Assembly: GCF_000143415.4 (NCBI RefSeq)
Contig: NW_003314263.1
Location: 4,012,500-4,076,499 of the forward strand
Direction of reading: 5' to 3'
Length of the DNA stretch: 64,000 nucleotides
Origin: Selaginella moellendorffii
Lineage: Eukaryota > Plantae > Lycopodiophyta
The notes beneath the pieces were generated by a model that saw only the letters and a program-made list of their open reading frames with translations, made no database searches and had not been told where the DNA came from. Within the stretch, counting starts at the first letter, position 1; each line of letters begins with the position of its first letter. Shown piece by piece: positions 11,546 to 24,765 of this stretch. Position numbers and translations under genes: made by a program.

Positions 11546-13370
11546 AACTATTCATTTAGCTAAATTTAGCTATTCATGAGTTTAGCTAACTAAATGAATA
11601 TTATAAGACACTCATTCATGCCAACTATCGCACTAGCTAAGCCAAATAAATCTTAGTCAACCATACTATAGAACTTAAGTTTCTTAAACAAGAGCTAACA
11701 ACATTTTATTGATGTTTTAAACTCAAGAGACCAATCCAGAACAAACCACAAAGACCATGTGGTGATGTAAAAAACCATAAACCATCAAAAAGAATAACTA
11801 ATTATCATGAAAGATCATCAATCATCTCATCAATGAAGAGATTTATAATCATCATTGAAGAAAAAATCCACCATTCCAAAAAATAATAAATCAACAAGCA
11901 GTAATCAAACAAAAGCTTTGACAAGAATAATCAATTATCCCAAAATGATAGTCATTCATTATCAATGATTGCTAAATGTGAAGGCTAACTTTAACATCAA
12001 AGCTAATGAACTAAAATGCCTTCCCCAATAACTCTTAACAAATGAAACAATGAACATAAAAACTCAAAGAACCAAAAGCTTAAAGAAGCCTATACTCAAG
12101 TCTTGCATAATAATGATTACGAGTTTTGTATGGATTAACTTCAATGCTAAAGAAGAGATTATGGTACAATTCATAATATCGTCTTCAATATATCCATAAG
12201 CTAAATTTCATAATGCAAAGCTAATGAAGAGCATTTCTACATCAATCCAAAAGCTAAGTATAATAAAGCTATGTTTAACAATTGACCATCAAACTGATCC
12301 TCCATGAATCTATCTGTAGCAAGACGTAACTCACTTCATAATAAGCACAAAAAGAATCATCAATGATTAATATATCTCAACACAAATCCAACAAAGAATT
12401 AACATTTTCAATATCGATCATCAACTCTTCTTTTTGTAAAGCTAAAATAGTCCATGACTAAATCACTTTTCAAAGAAAAGCCAAAGCTCAATATTTACTA
12501 AACAATCTCGTCTAGAACACAATTAACTCAACTTGCCACTCAGTTCATTTGAATATCAATATAGTTGCTAACTAGCAAATGTACAAATGCTAAAAACACA
12601 AAGCTATAGCCAAGTTATCAACACTACTTGCATCAAAACTAATGAAATTTAATATCAATCCTATGGAGAGACATTTCATTTCACTTGAATTTCAATAACA
12701 ATAATGTCAACGATAAAGCATCACTTCAATGCCATTAACAACAGAATAAAACTAACAAAAAACAAGAGCAAATCACCACTCAAAGCTCTTTATCAACCAA
12801 GCTAACCAAGGTCAAAAATACTTTACTCAGTATTTGATATTAAATCTTCAATAGAACTTAATTATAGATAACATATCATCAAGGAGTGATTCACCACATA
12901 CAAGACTCAATGTAATCCAACACCACAGACTAAACACAACCAAATGATATCGACAAATGTAAAATCAACATGCCAATATAGAAAAACCATGCAAGCCATG
13001 ACATGATCTTGTGCAACGCTATCCAGTAAAGCAAGTCTATCATTGCTAAATCATCATTGAGCAAAGCGAGTGTTAACAGTCCTCAACGAAGTTTATAAGC
13101 AATCATTAATTGCAGAGCAACCAATAATCACTCTTCAACTTGCCTTCACAAGACCTGAATACTAAATTCATGTTTTTGAGTCATATACTTATCCAACATT
13201 AACGTAATACCAAAATATGGAATATGGACAAATACAGATTAAATGACCACTTGAATCCAATTGAACCCCAATAAGCTCACCAACACATTTAAGCAATAGC
13301 TCCAAATATGCCTTGAAAAAACCAGTTATGTATGATCAACACTCAGCCAAAACTAAAGTGAAGGTCATGA

Positions 13371-13543
13371 GGGTTTAGGGTTTAGGGTTTACTGGTTGCT
13401 TTTATTTGCTGTGCAGTCTTTGCTGCTCACAATCTCCACTAGTAAACCAAATTGACGCAATTCAGTTTAGGGTTTAGATTTAGGTGCATTTAGGATTTCA
13501 TACCAAAGACACCCTGGTTTAGGGTTTAGGGTTTAGGATTTAG
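13371..13543 (+). repeat. Interstitial plant telomere-like (TTTAGGG)n tracts
   Basis: Three short tracts (13371-13390, ~13466-13495, 13517-13543). The last abuts the start of the PPR reading frame. Confidence 0.85.
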
Positions 13544-16500
13544 GTGGACACGTACACCAAATGTGTGCGAGATGTCTTTGAAGGGGTGAGGAGTGAGGAT
13601 GTTGTTTCCTGGAACTCTCTCCTACTTGGTTATGTTGAAAACACAGATCTATCAGTAGCTCTAGACCTGTTCACCAGCATGGACTGTGAACTAAGCTCTG
13701 TCACCTACATTGTTGGACTCAAGGCATGCAGAGGCTTGGCAAGCGAGAAAGAGTCAGACAAAGGACTCTACCTTGAGAAGGGAATTACAATTCATAAAGG
13801 AGTGAAAGAGCATGGGTTTAAGACCGACATAGTTGTGGCAACCAACTTCCTAGAGATGTATAGCAACTGCAGCAGCATGCATCATGCCAGGGAGGTCTTT
13901 GAAAGCATGTTTTCCCAAGATGCTGTGGCATGGAACACTCTCATACTGGGATATGTGGAGAATGGGGACTATGCAGTAGCTATGGATCTATTCAGCATCA
14001 TGGACTGTGAGCCAAACTGTGTGACTTATTTGGCTGCTCTCAAGGCATGTGGAGGCTTGGCCAGCGAACCAGAGTCAGAGAAGCAACATCATCTTCAGAA
14101 AGGTATAGGCATTCACAAAAAGCTCCAAGAAGGGGGATTTGGATCTGATATAGTTGTGGCGATCACCTTAGTCGATATGTATGGCGAATGTGGTAGCATG
14201 CAGAACGCTAGGGATGTGTTTGATAGAATGATCCAGTGCAATGCTGTTACTTGGACCTCCCTCATCCTTGGATACGTTGGGAACGGCCAGTGCTCAGAAG
14301 CCATGGATTTATTTGCTAGGATGGACTGTGAGTGAGGTTTTGTTACATATGTTGCTGCTCTCAAGGCATGTGGAAGTCTGGCTACTGAAAATGAGTCAGA
14401 GAAGCAGCCATGTCTAGAGAAGACCATTGCAATTCACATAGAAGTGGAGGATCAAGGATTTAGTTGTGACATAGTTCTGGCCAACACTCTGGTTGCGATG
14501 TATGGAGATGCCTCACGAGATTCTCGAGGGCCAGATTGTGCTTATTCCAAAGAGGGGGGACTTGCAGGAGTTGAGGAATTGGAGGCCAATCACCATGCTC
14601 AACACGTCTTAACAAGGTCTATGCCAAAGCAATGACCCTCAAGCTCCAAGCTGTTATGCCATTGATCATCCAGGAACAGCAAACAGGCTTCGCTCCAGGG
14701 TGGCAAATCGCAGAAAATATCTGGATGTACCTTCTAGCTCAAAGATGGGCAGAGATCTCCAACCAACAAACTGCAGCATGGCTACTCGACTTCGAGAAGG
14801 CCTATGATCATGTGGATTGGAGGTTCCTAGAAATGTGTATGCACATGATTGGCATCCTGAGGGAGATGGTGGCTAGGATCTCATTACTATACTGTGGAGC
14901 TGCAAGCAAAGTCACAATCAACGGAGAGACAGGACCAAGTTTTCAGTTGGGACACTCGGTATGCCAAAGGTATCCACTGGCACCCTATCTTTTTTTATTC
15001 GTGGCTGAGGCCCTAGGCACGTTTCTAGCAGAAGGTGGGCGCATCATAGGTCTCACCCTGCCGGCTGGGAGATAGCAACTTCTGGGAACAGCAGGGGTGA
15101 CTTAGGAACTCCTGGATGGAGCATTCGCAGATGACACAGCCTTGTTCCTACTCACTACCAAGGAGAACCTGGACGCAGCAAAGAAGGTTCTGGAGACTTT
15201 CAACCTTGCAACTAGTGCAGCAATCAACTGGAACAAATCAGTGGGTATCAACTGGGGGCGACCAAGCATCGAGTCCTAGGGCCAAGGCATTGGCTTTCAG
15301 TGGCTCAAACCAGGAGAGGACACCAGGTATTTGGGGATCCATTGGTACCCGGTTTAGTGCAGTGCTCTAGGATGACACCTTGCTCCGAAGGATACGAACA
15401 TCGATCCAGTAGTGGGCTCCTTAGAAACTCAGTTTGCTAGTGAGAGTGGTTGTTGCCAGGAGCATCATCCTGCCCAGCATTTGGTACCACCTCTCAATCT
15501 GGGCTGTCCCTGAACACACTCTCAGAAAGGCACGCACAATGGTTCATAAGTATGTGTGGCGGGGTGTGCTTGTCACATGGAGGATCATGGCCAAGGTCGC
15601 CTGGCAATCCACAGCACATCCACAAGTCCTAGGACTTGGAGTAATCGATTTGAGCAACATGGCGAAGGCGCTATAGTACAAAATCCTCCTTATGGGCCTT
15701 CAACTAGGTAACCAACCTTGGATACTCATGTTTAGGTAGAGCTTGTTGGCAATCCAGCCTAAGCACAACACTACAAGACCATGGGAGAAGGATCCACGTT
15801 GGCTCTTTGCTGAAGGGCTGAAGCAAGTAGTCAAGGGTAGCACTCTGGTTCAGGGGCTTCTCAGGCTATGAAGCGCGTTTCTAGTCAATAGGGAAATGCC
15901 AAGGCGAGCGGAGGATTGGTTGAACCAGCCCCTATTCTTCAATGACCTCTTCAAAGTGGACGATAGGACACTGGGCAGAGAGGACCACTACACAATCTGG
16001 AGAAAGCTGCATAGCGCAGGCTTCCGAACTCTTAAGCAACTGGTGAGGGTTCTGGACAAAGATAGGAGGAAAACTACAACGCATATGCAGGTCTTTAACC
16101 CAGGATGGTGAAGGAAAGTCCACCTCAATATTCTTCGCATCATCAGAGCAGTGAGTGAGGTGAAGAAGGGGCTGCTTTGGCCTAGGCGTTGTCTCAAACC
16201 TGGAGACTTTGTGGCTCTGCAACGGGACGTGGAGCCAGACAGGGAACAAGTCGGCTTGGGGGCTTAGACACGGGCGTTTATGACCCCAACACCAGCTTGG
16301 GAGGATGGCGATGTGGAGGTATGGTTCATTGTGTCTCTTGAACAAAATGTTGGGCATTCTTTTTGGGTTATGAGAGGCGACATGCTGCTGCCAACAGGAG
16401 ATGAACAAGTCATGCTGATGGTGACGGATGACGAAGTCAAGGGCAGGATTCGAGTAATACGACAGGCTCCAAAGCAATCAGTGGTGGTTCAATCGTTGGC

Positions 16501-18343
16501 CACACTAGAGGGGGATGGCATTCTCCGATGGTGTGACAGCAGCTCATTAAGGATCTGGATTGGGACCCAACAGCATGGAAATGAGGAGTGAGGAGCTTCT
16601 TCTCATTTGGAGTCAAAGAAGCAAGGGATGGTCTCTTGACCAGTAGGGAGGAGGCCCGAGGGGAGATCCCCAAACTCTGGAAGAAATGGATCAAGTAAGG
16701 AGTTGAAGCAAATCAGGTGGTGGGCAACACACTTGCATTTTGGAAACTACTAGTACAAGAGAAAGTCAAGGCCACTTCTTGGTTGGTGGCAAACAACGGG
16801 CTGCCAGTAGGACAGCAATTCCAAGACGAAGCATGCCAATGATGCGAGTGTGGCGAGCTAAAGACAGCGCGACATGCACTTTGAGAATGTGACGTGGCAA
16901 GAGAGGTATGGCGACAGATCTTCAAAGCAATGCAGGAATTAGGAGACATTCCGGAGTTTGAGGCTTGGAGTAGGGATATCCTCCATTGGTTTGAGGGAGC
17001 TAGAGGTCCAGACACTGGTCCAGCTTGGAGGTGCATTCGCTGTTACGGATGACACGGATGGAACACATAAGTCCAGTGGGATGCGACAGGGGCTGAAGTC
17101 GGGATGTCAATCTAGAAGGCAATGGGCCACGAGTGCTGGTCCATTTGGAGGGCGACAGGAGTGCAGGCACTCTGGGAGGCATAGAACCATTGTCACTTTA
17201 ATGGGCAACAAACAAAGATATCAGTAGTGGTGGCATTGTGGTGGAGAGTCACTCTTGCAGCAGTGCGTCTTCACTACACCATCCTGAAAAAGCGGGCGAA
17301 ACTGAGGCAGCTCGAGGAGTGGAGATCTAAGTGGCTTCCATGCTTCGGCAGATTGGTAGGTGGCGAGATTCGTTGGCAGTGGCACCCCCTGGACTCTGTT
17401 CTACGGTCAGCTCATGGGGGAGACTTGGATATCAACATGATTCAATTAAGATGACCACGTCCACTTCTACTCCAGGTCTAGGTCCAGCTACGACACAAGA
17501 GGATCACGTAAAGTAGCTCATTGAGAGGGTGGCACGCCCAATTTTTGTATTAGTCCAGGTAATGTACATACACGTTCAGTGATGTATGGCAAATGCGGCA
17601 GCATGGACTGGGCCAGGGAGGTGTTTGAAAAGATGCACAGCAAGGATGTTGTTTCATGGAACTCTCTCATACTTGGATATGTGGAAAATGGAGATGGCCT
17701 GGCAGCCATGGGCTTACACGCTAGAATGGATTGTCAGCCAGACTTCACATATGCAGCTGTGATTAAGGCATGTGGAAGCTTGGCTGAACTACAAGCTGGG
17801 AAAAAGATTCATGGCAGCATGAACAGAGCTGAAGAGTGTTTCAACAACATGCCCTCTCCAGATATAATCTGCTGGAACTCATTGCTGGGAGGATATAGTT
17901 CATTAGGAGATTCGACTCAAGTATTCAGTCTGGTGAAGAAGATTCAGAAGGCTGGGCTTAACATTGATGCCATCACATTCATTTCTATTCGCATGGCTTG
18001 CAGCCATGCAGGCCTGGTGGAAGAGGGGAAACATTACTTCGATTCCATGACAGGATTGGGCATCAGGAAGAGTGTGGAGCACCATAACTGTATAGTCGAC
18101 ATTCTTGGCCGAGCCAACAGACTTGAAGAAGCACTAGTAGTTGTGAACAGCATGCCAGTTGGAGCTGATGCTGTAACTTGGAGGATTCTGCTCGGATCCT
18201 GTAGGAAATGGGGGAACGTGGAGATTGGCAAGGTTGCATTTGAGGCACTGGTGCAGGCTGTTGGCACAAAGGAAGATGCAAGTGCCTACGTGCTGATGAG
18301 TGATCTCTACGGGATCATGAGTTCTATAGACAAGTTTCTGTAG
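13544..18343 (+). pseudogene. PLS-class PPR protein (E-type C-terminus, no DYW), 5'-truncated, premature stop, split by a LINE
   Basis: Repeats of DVVSWNSLLLGYVEN..A..LF..M and LVDMYGECGSMQNARDVFDRM; C-terminal ACSHAGLVEEG..HHNCIVDILGRA..TWRILLGSC. TGA at 14333-14335, no ATG start, LINE at 14506-17580. Confidence 0.9.
14506..17580 (+). mobile_element. 5'-truncated L1-clade LINE (RT + zf-RVT), decayed, 9-bp TSD GATGTATGG
   Basis: QQTGFAPG, LLDFEKAYDHVDW, FADDT and a C-terminal C..C...RHAL.EC zinc finger. TSD at 14497-14505 and 17581-17589; removing the insert restores the PPR AMYGKCG. Confidence 0.9.
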
Positions 18344-18380
18344 AATTTGGTTCATATTGTTGATTTAAGTTGACAATCGC

Positions 18381-21300
18381 TCACAAAGATTGGGTTGGAG
18401 TTGGAGTTGAGTCTTGTCTTCTTATGGCTTTGACCCATAGAGCCATGAGTTTCACTTTCTCACTGCACCGTCCAGCAAACTTTCGGAAGAAGGAAATTCT
18501 GGAAGATATAGTCTCTTCAACATCATCTACGATATCCCTAGTCCAAAGCTGTAACCAAAAATCAGAAGAGGGAGAGAAAAGAAAAAGCTTTGCTTGAAGC
18601 CAGACCTTTGAAGCAACTCTGTCCACAAGTCTGCGCAGCAGGAAACCTTCTCCTAATTTTGCGTGCACTGGACCCCAATTTTCCTGAGACAGAGGACTAT
18701 AATTCGTGCATCAACCACCACAGTTTTGAGTTGTACCTTGAGCCAGTTCCAAGCTGTGATACCGTTGGTTATTGTTAACCCGGAGAAGATGTCGGTGACG
18801 TTTTGAGGCCGCACCTGAAGGAAAAGTATGACAAATATACGAACATGGAAGAGTAACGGGACTAACCGCTGGAGATAGTGAAAAATTCAAAGCTTCAACG
18901 ACGAGGTCAGGGTCGGAAGATCCTGCCAGTGTGCCTGGGAATGGCAGTTTCAGCTTAGAGATTTGTAGTTTCAGGAGTGAATGACTTACTCAATGCCAGG
19001 TTACGTTCCTCCAACTTATCTGAAAATCTGTAAATTTCAAGCAGCTCATCGAATCCATATCGATTACAATCTTTCATCACACTTGCATATGCGGCCTGTG
19101 AGAGCAAATTTAGTAAGACAAGGCAACATTGGTCAAAGACCATTACCTTCAACATGTTTGACGCCAGGGGGACCATCGCCTTGTTCCTGAATCGCCTCTT
19201 GGCTTCCAATATGGTTTTCTCATGCCCAAGAACCACTAAAGCATGCAAAAGTTCCTCCCTGAGACCGGAATTCGAATGGCTTTCACCTTGAACGGCTTCC
19301 CAGCCGAGTTTGCTGGAGAAACTTGACAATAGTAAAAGGCAAATATTATACAGAGAATAGGGACATACCTGGCTGCGTTTTCCATTAGTCCAACAAGGAA
19401 TTTACTTACTCTTTCTTTTGAACTTGGGATTGCAACAGATACCACATCAAGTAAAGAGAGTGCAACCTGCAGTCATGAACGACATTGGGTTTCGTAAGAA
19501 CTGCAAAAACCAGAAGCTACACGTACGGTGATCATATGTGACAAGACGGTGGGATCATCTTCCTGTCTGTAAACCTCCAGGAGCGACAATAAAGCAGACA
19601 GGGGCTGTCTTGTGGACTGGCATAAGGCAAACATATCGTCCAGAACACCTGTAATAGGATTGGTCTGGGGATAATTCTGGTAAAGAAAGACCCGCCTAGT
19701 CTATCGACAGGAGAAAGCCAGCCTGAGGAAATTGAGTCTTTCAAAGCTGTAAGCAGTTGTTCATCATACTCCACGCGATAGAATCCGCTTTGTCCAATGT
19801 TAAGTTTCACTACAGTTCGTGCTGGCAGGCGAACTATACACTTTCTGTCTTTTAGCAATATACTTTGTTGGCAGTTGTAAGATCCCGAAATAAGTTTAAC
19901 AGGAACTATCCATTGCCCCTCGGCGGGCTGTCCACTTGCAAGAAACCGAGTCTAGTGCGCGAAAGAAGTTTGCATTTGAGACCAAATATAAAATCTATGA
20001 GACAGTCTTACCTGTTCAATCTCTAGCTCATGATCATTCAGCATTGTGGCCTTCAAAATTGGATACCCGTTCAGCTTTGTCCAAGAGCACATCAAGTCTT
20101 TGATTGGTTTTCCAGTTACTTCCTGGATACAATCCCATAAATCGTCTGACTTTGCGTTACTAAAGGCAAATTTCTCCATGTACAGTTGCAAGCCTCTCTG
20201 CAGGAGGGAAAAAGAAAAGAAAAAGATAGAATTCCACTTGTTAACTTAAGGCTAACTACTGACCTGGATATCCGTTAGACCAACATAGTCTTGCAGCATA
20301 TAAATTAGTGAGGCTCCCTTGCAATAGCCAATAACATCAAAGACTTCCATGGTTTGACGAGCATGCTGCACTTCCACCTGTGAAAGCCGAGTGTAAAGTA
20401 GTATGCTTGATAAAAATTCAGACTTGAGGTACCTCAACTGGATGAGTTGATTCCAAGGCATCCAACTTGAAAGCATCATACATGATTTCTTTGTGAAATT
20501 CCATCCAGATGTTCCAGTCGGGGAAAAGATAATCGACAGCCATATAACTAATCTGCAAACCACCAGCATTGATCTTAATCTCAACACTATTGAAAGTACA
20601 TACCCAAGTAGCCATGCCTTCATTAAGCCAGATATGAGTCCACCATTCTATTGTGACAAGGTTACCAAACCACATGTGCCCAACTTCATGAGCCACGTTT
20701 ATAGCAACCTGCAAAAATACACGGAAAAAATTAGCATCAGTGCACAACGTGCTTCAGATACAATCTCACCTCCTGTTTCTTCAAAGTTGTAGTATTTTCA
20801 TCTACAAACAAAGCATCATCCATAAAAACTATAAGACCAAATTCTTCAAGAGCACCAGCCTTGAATGCTGCAACTGACACAATATCCAGCTTGGGAAGAG
20901 GATATTGCAGTTGAAAGAATCTGAAGTAAGCATAAACAGAAATGGAAAAAAGGAAAGTGCAGATTACCTTGCATAAAAAGGAAGCACTTTCAGCATTATA
21001 TCGAATCCGAATTTTGCTTTCTGCAGCTGTTCAAATCTTGTGTACACTCTCGCCGGAATACCATCATCGGACACACCTTCCAGATGTTCGAATTCACCAA
21101 TCGCAATAGCGGTTATGTAGGTTGACATTAGAGGAGATTCTTGAAACTCAACCATCTTGGTGTTCCCGTTTACTACCTCCTGCAGAGCAGGCATAGTGGA
21201 CAGAACCATGCGATCGACAGGAACATGAACTTTAAATTTAAAACACGCCTATAAGATGAGGAGAAACAGTCAGAAGATATCGTAAAGATTGTAGTATAGT

Positions 21301-21876
21301 ACCTTAAAGTCTGGTTCATCCCAGCAAGGGAAGCACCTTCGTGCATCAGCAGGCTCAAAAACTGTTACAGCCATGTTTTTCTCAATCCCTCCGCTCTTGT
21401 AAGTGCTGTGCAGCGGAAAAGTTTTCTATTGAAAAATATTGAATACCAGCGTACCTTCGATAAAATGCGTCAAGCTTCTCGTTGAGCAATCCATGATAGT
21501 CGATAAACAGAGTTGCTTTTCCTACATGCAGTTTTTTTTCACCGAAGTCCAACACTAGCAGTTCATTCTCTTGATCGACTGTAGATGCCGCTGGATGAAC
21601 GATCTGTACAAACTAATGTGCACATCAAGACAAATTTCAAGCAGAACACTCGAAGGCAGAGAGGAAAACCTCATCGAAATCCTCCACATAGCGCAAACAT
21701 AGCGATTCAGTCTCCAGAATAAGATCCGCAACATTCAGGACAACTTTGGAAACTGGCTCCACAATGTCCAGGAGAATTTGGAGCTTGCCTTTGAATGCAC
21801 AGGCATCGAGATCCACCCATAGCTCCAGCTCATAGCGACGAGGCAGCACAGTTTTGGGCAATCGACTGCTCGCCAT
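18381..21876 (-). CDS. M1 family (APM1/puromycin-sensitive-like) zinc aminopeptidase, multi-exon with ~50-60 bp introns
   Basis: RLPKTVLPRRYEL, FEPADARRCFPCWDEP, FQESPLMSTY, VAHEVGHMWFGNLVTIEWWTHIWLNEG (HEXXH-18-E), FDVIGYCKGA and an ERAP1_C-like C-terminal region. GT-AG introns; stop TGA at 18381-18383. Confidence 0.92.
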
Positions 21877-22576
21877 AGCTGAGCCAGGGAACTTTCTTCC
21901 CTCAACTTATATTACAAACAGTAAAAACGGATCTGCGGTCAGGATCAAACGGCAGCAGATTGTTTCTTGGGCCCTCATGATTTTTTGTGGACGTGGTATT
22001 TGCCGTCGGATGGGCAAATACCACGTTCACCCTCGATCGCGTGGTCCGCAGGGAAAAATCAAGATCGGACGGCTGTGAGGTTTTCACGGCGTGCGCCACA
22101 TGGTTGCACGAAATCGGGCATCTTGGGAATATGCTGCTGTTGAGCTTTTTCATGTGAATCAAAATTGGCTGTCTAGCTTCAAAATTGAAGTGCATCTTCA
22201 CTGTCCTGATCATTCATGTGCCAAGTTGTGTGTGCTGCAAATTGAAGGTAAGTCCTGAAAACTAGGATTGAGCTGAGCAGCTGAGTGGGAGACATATTTT
22301 CTAAAACTGGCTGAGGTGTTGAAATTCACCATCAAGGGCGTCAACTTGGATTTTCTGGGTTCCTTGTGGATGAGATTGTTGACCTGGCTTTTGTGATGAG
22401 TTGCGTAAAAAATTGGCATTAGTGGTTGTAGTAGAGCTTGCAATCCAATAAACAGTTTATTATAAAAGTGAATTTTGGAACTTTTAATTTTGACTTCTTG
22501 AAATCAATTTTTTAAGTGTCTTCAACACCTTGCATTGCACATATTGGTCATTTTTTCAAGAAGTTACAATTAAAGA

Positions 22577-23109
22577 TCTAAAACAAGACTCAAGAGAACA
22601 AGGTAGTGGTGTTCATTTGAACAAAGGCAATGAAGCAGCTGAAGAAGTATAGCAAGCAAGAGCAAAAAATCTACGAGTTGTGTGCTGACTGTTCTTTGCT
22701 ATTGGAGAGTTGCGTGAAGGATGTGAGCATCGATGTAAACCATTCTATTATTTCAAACGACAAATCGGTCAAGTGCTAGATTCTTTAGTGGGACGAACTG
22801 AAATAGACGGCGGTCCTTCCACTTCCAATGGATCCCTTTCTGGTTTAAGCAATTCAACATCATTAGACCCCACCTCCTCTTCTGCCATGGTGGCTCCATC
22901 TAGCACTTGACCGATTTGTTGTTTGAAATAACAGAATGGTTTACATCGATGCTCAACACTACACATCCTTCACGCAACTCTCCAGTAGCAAAGAACAGTC
23001 AGCACACAACTTGTAGATTTTTGCTCTTGCCTGCTGTACTTCTTCAGCTGCTTCATTGCCTTTGTTCAAATGAACACCACTACCTTGTTCTCCCGAGTCC
23101 TGTTTTAGA
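22577..23109. repeat. Long inverted repeat (arms 22577-22781 and 22898-23109, 116-bp loop)
   Basis: The arms are near-perfect reverse complements with one ~8-bp indel. A third short partial copy lies at ~23117-23139. Confidence 0.9.
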
Positions 23110-24664
23110 CCCTTACGGCAATGAAGCAGCTGAAGAAGCAACCAGAAGTTCTTTCCGATCAGAATTGCGGTGAGGGTGGCGGGGAACAAGCATTGTAGTG
23201 GATTTGCTTGCAATTGAGGAGCAATTGACATATGGCGGGTCAGAACTCTTCAACAGCAGGTTCGTCAGCAGCAGATTGCTTGGGAGAATGCGATTTTCAG
23301 GTACTGGTCTAGGCTATGTAGACCAATTAGTGTCTTTTTGAGCAGGAAGTGGATTGTGGGAGTTTTCTCACTACAATTCAAACAGAGAACATGCTGGTAT
23401 AATCAGAGCTTTATGAAGCTTTATGTTACTAGCTTGCACCTGTTTTTTGATGCCTCAAAGACTGTCATCACACACACTAGCTTTGTCGCTGTGTGCTGAA
23501 ATTTCAAAGGATGTTCACATAGTGTGGTTTAATTCCATATTAAAGGAATAAGCTGTGAAAACAGACTTTTCTATTTGGAATGAGCTTTAATGTGATGCTT
23601 CTTATAAGCTTGGTCACTAAAGAGGATTATTTAGTATATAATCTGTTCAAACAGATTTATATAAGTCTGGATCCTTGGCTGTCTGCATTTTTACTTTCTC
23701 AATTTTTTTGGTGAGCATAAATCAGTATGTGTATGTTTCAATAATATTGAACTATGGTGTGATTATATTTCACTCATAATTTAATTATTATTGAATACAC
23801 AGATCAATGTTCTCAAAGGACGTGTCAAAGAGATACAGCAAGGGGCCTCGTGACTGCATAACTTGGAGAGGCTTTATGTGGTTTAAGACACTTGAGTATT
23901 TGTCTTTTTAAGATTTTGAAAGCTTGAGATTTTTTCATGCTTAGTATATTAATATGATTTAAATTATTTATGAGTTCTAACCAAATGTTTATGTGAGGTA
24001 CAGTCTCTATTCTTGGCTTGTGATTTGTAAGGGGTAAGAAATCTAAATCACTAATATTGAATTTCTACAATAAGGTGGATTTGATGTTTTTATTATTTGC
24101 TTATTGTTTTCTAGCAATCAAAGTAGGAACATATGAAGTACTTTTGTGTATTTACTCCAAAGTACATTATATCAAAAATTTATTTAATATGTAATGTTTA
24201 AATTAATTTCTTAATAAGTTTATTTTCACTTAATTTAAATTATTGCATGCAAATGAAATGTTTAAATGATAAGTGGTTTTTGTTTATTTTACATAAGATT
24301 TAGATTATTTACATGAAAGTGTTATATCTAAATTAAAATGCAAATTAAGAAATATTTTTATTTATGTTGAATTAATACACGATAGTGTGATTATTCAAAA
24401 TGAATATCAAGTAAAAAAAACTAATTTATTTATTGTTTGCTTTGTATTATTGAAAAATAGTGGTTAACAAGTCATAAAAGAAATCGAAATAAATTCATTG
24501 AGGATGAGAATTAGCAGCAAATGACTGAGGTTACAAAATAAGAACTAAAAACATACTCACAACTATAATCTTATTTTATTTATAAAAAGAACACTTCTTC
24601 AATGAATTGAAAACAAACTCTTTGACGATGACAATGTCAATCTTAAACTCAACTTTTGATAATG

Positions 24665-24765
24665 CTTTAGGGTTTAGGGTTTAAAGTCCAACATAAACCC
24701 TAAACCCTAAACCTGAAACCCTAAACCCTAAGCCCTAAAACCCTAAACCATAAACCTAAAACCTC
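24665..24765. repeat. Head-to-head telomere-like repeats, (TTTAGGG)n then (CCCTAAA)n
   Basis: tttagggtttagggttt, a ~13-bp spacer, then about 10 degenerate aaaccct units. Confidence 0.85.

Noticed and set aside
23170-24660. Possible spliced gene or Helitron in the AT-rich stretch
   Set aside because: A few splice-like words but no ORF or diagnostic termini that I can support.
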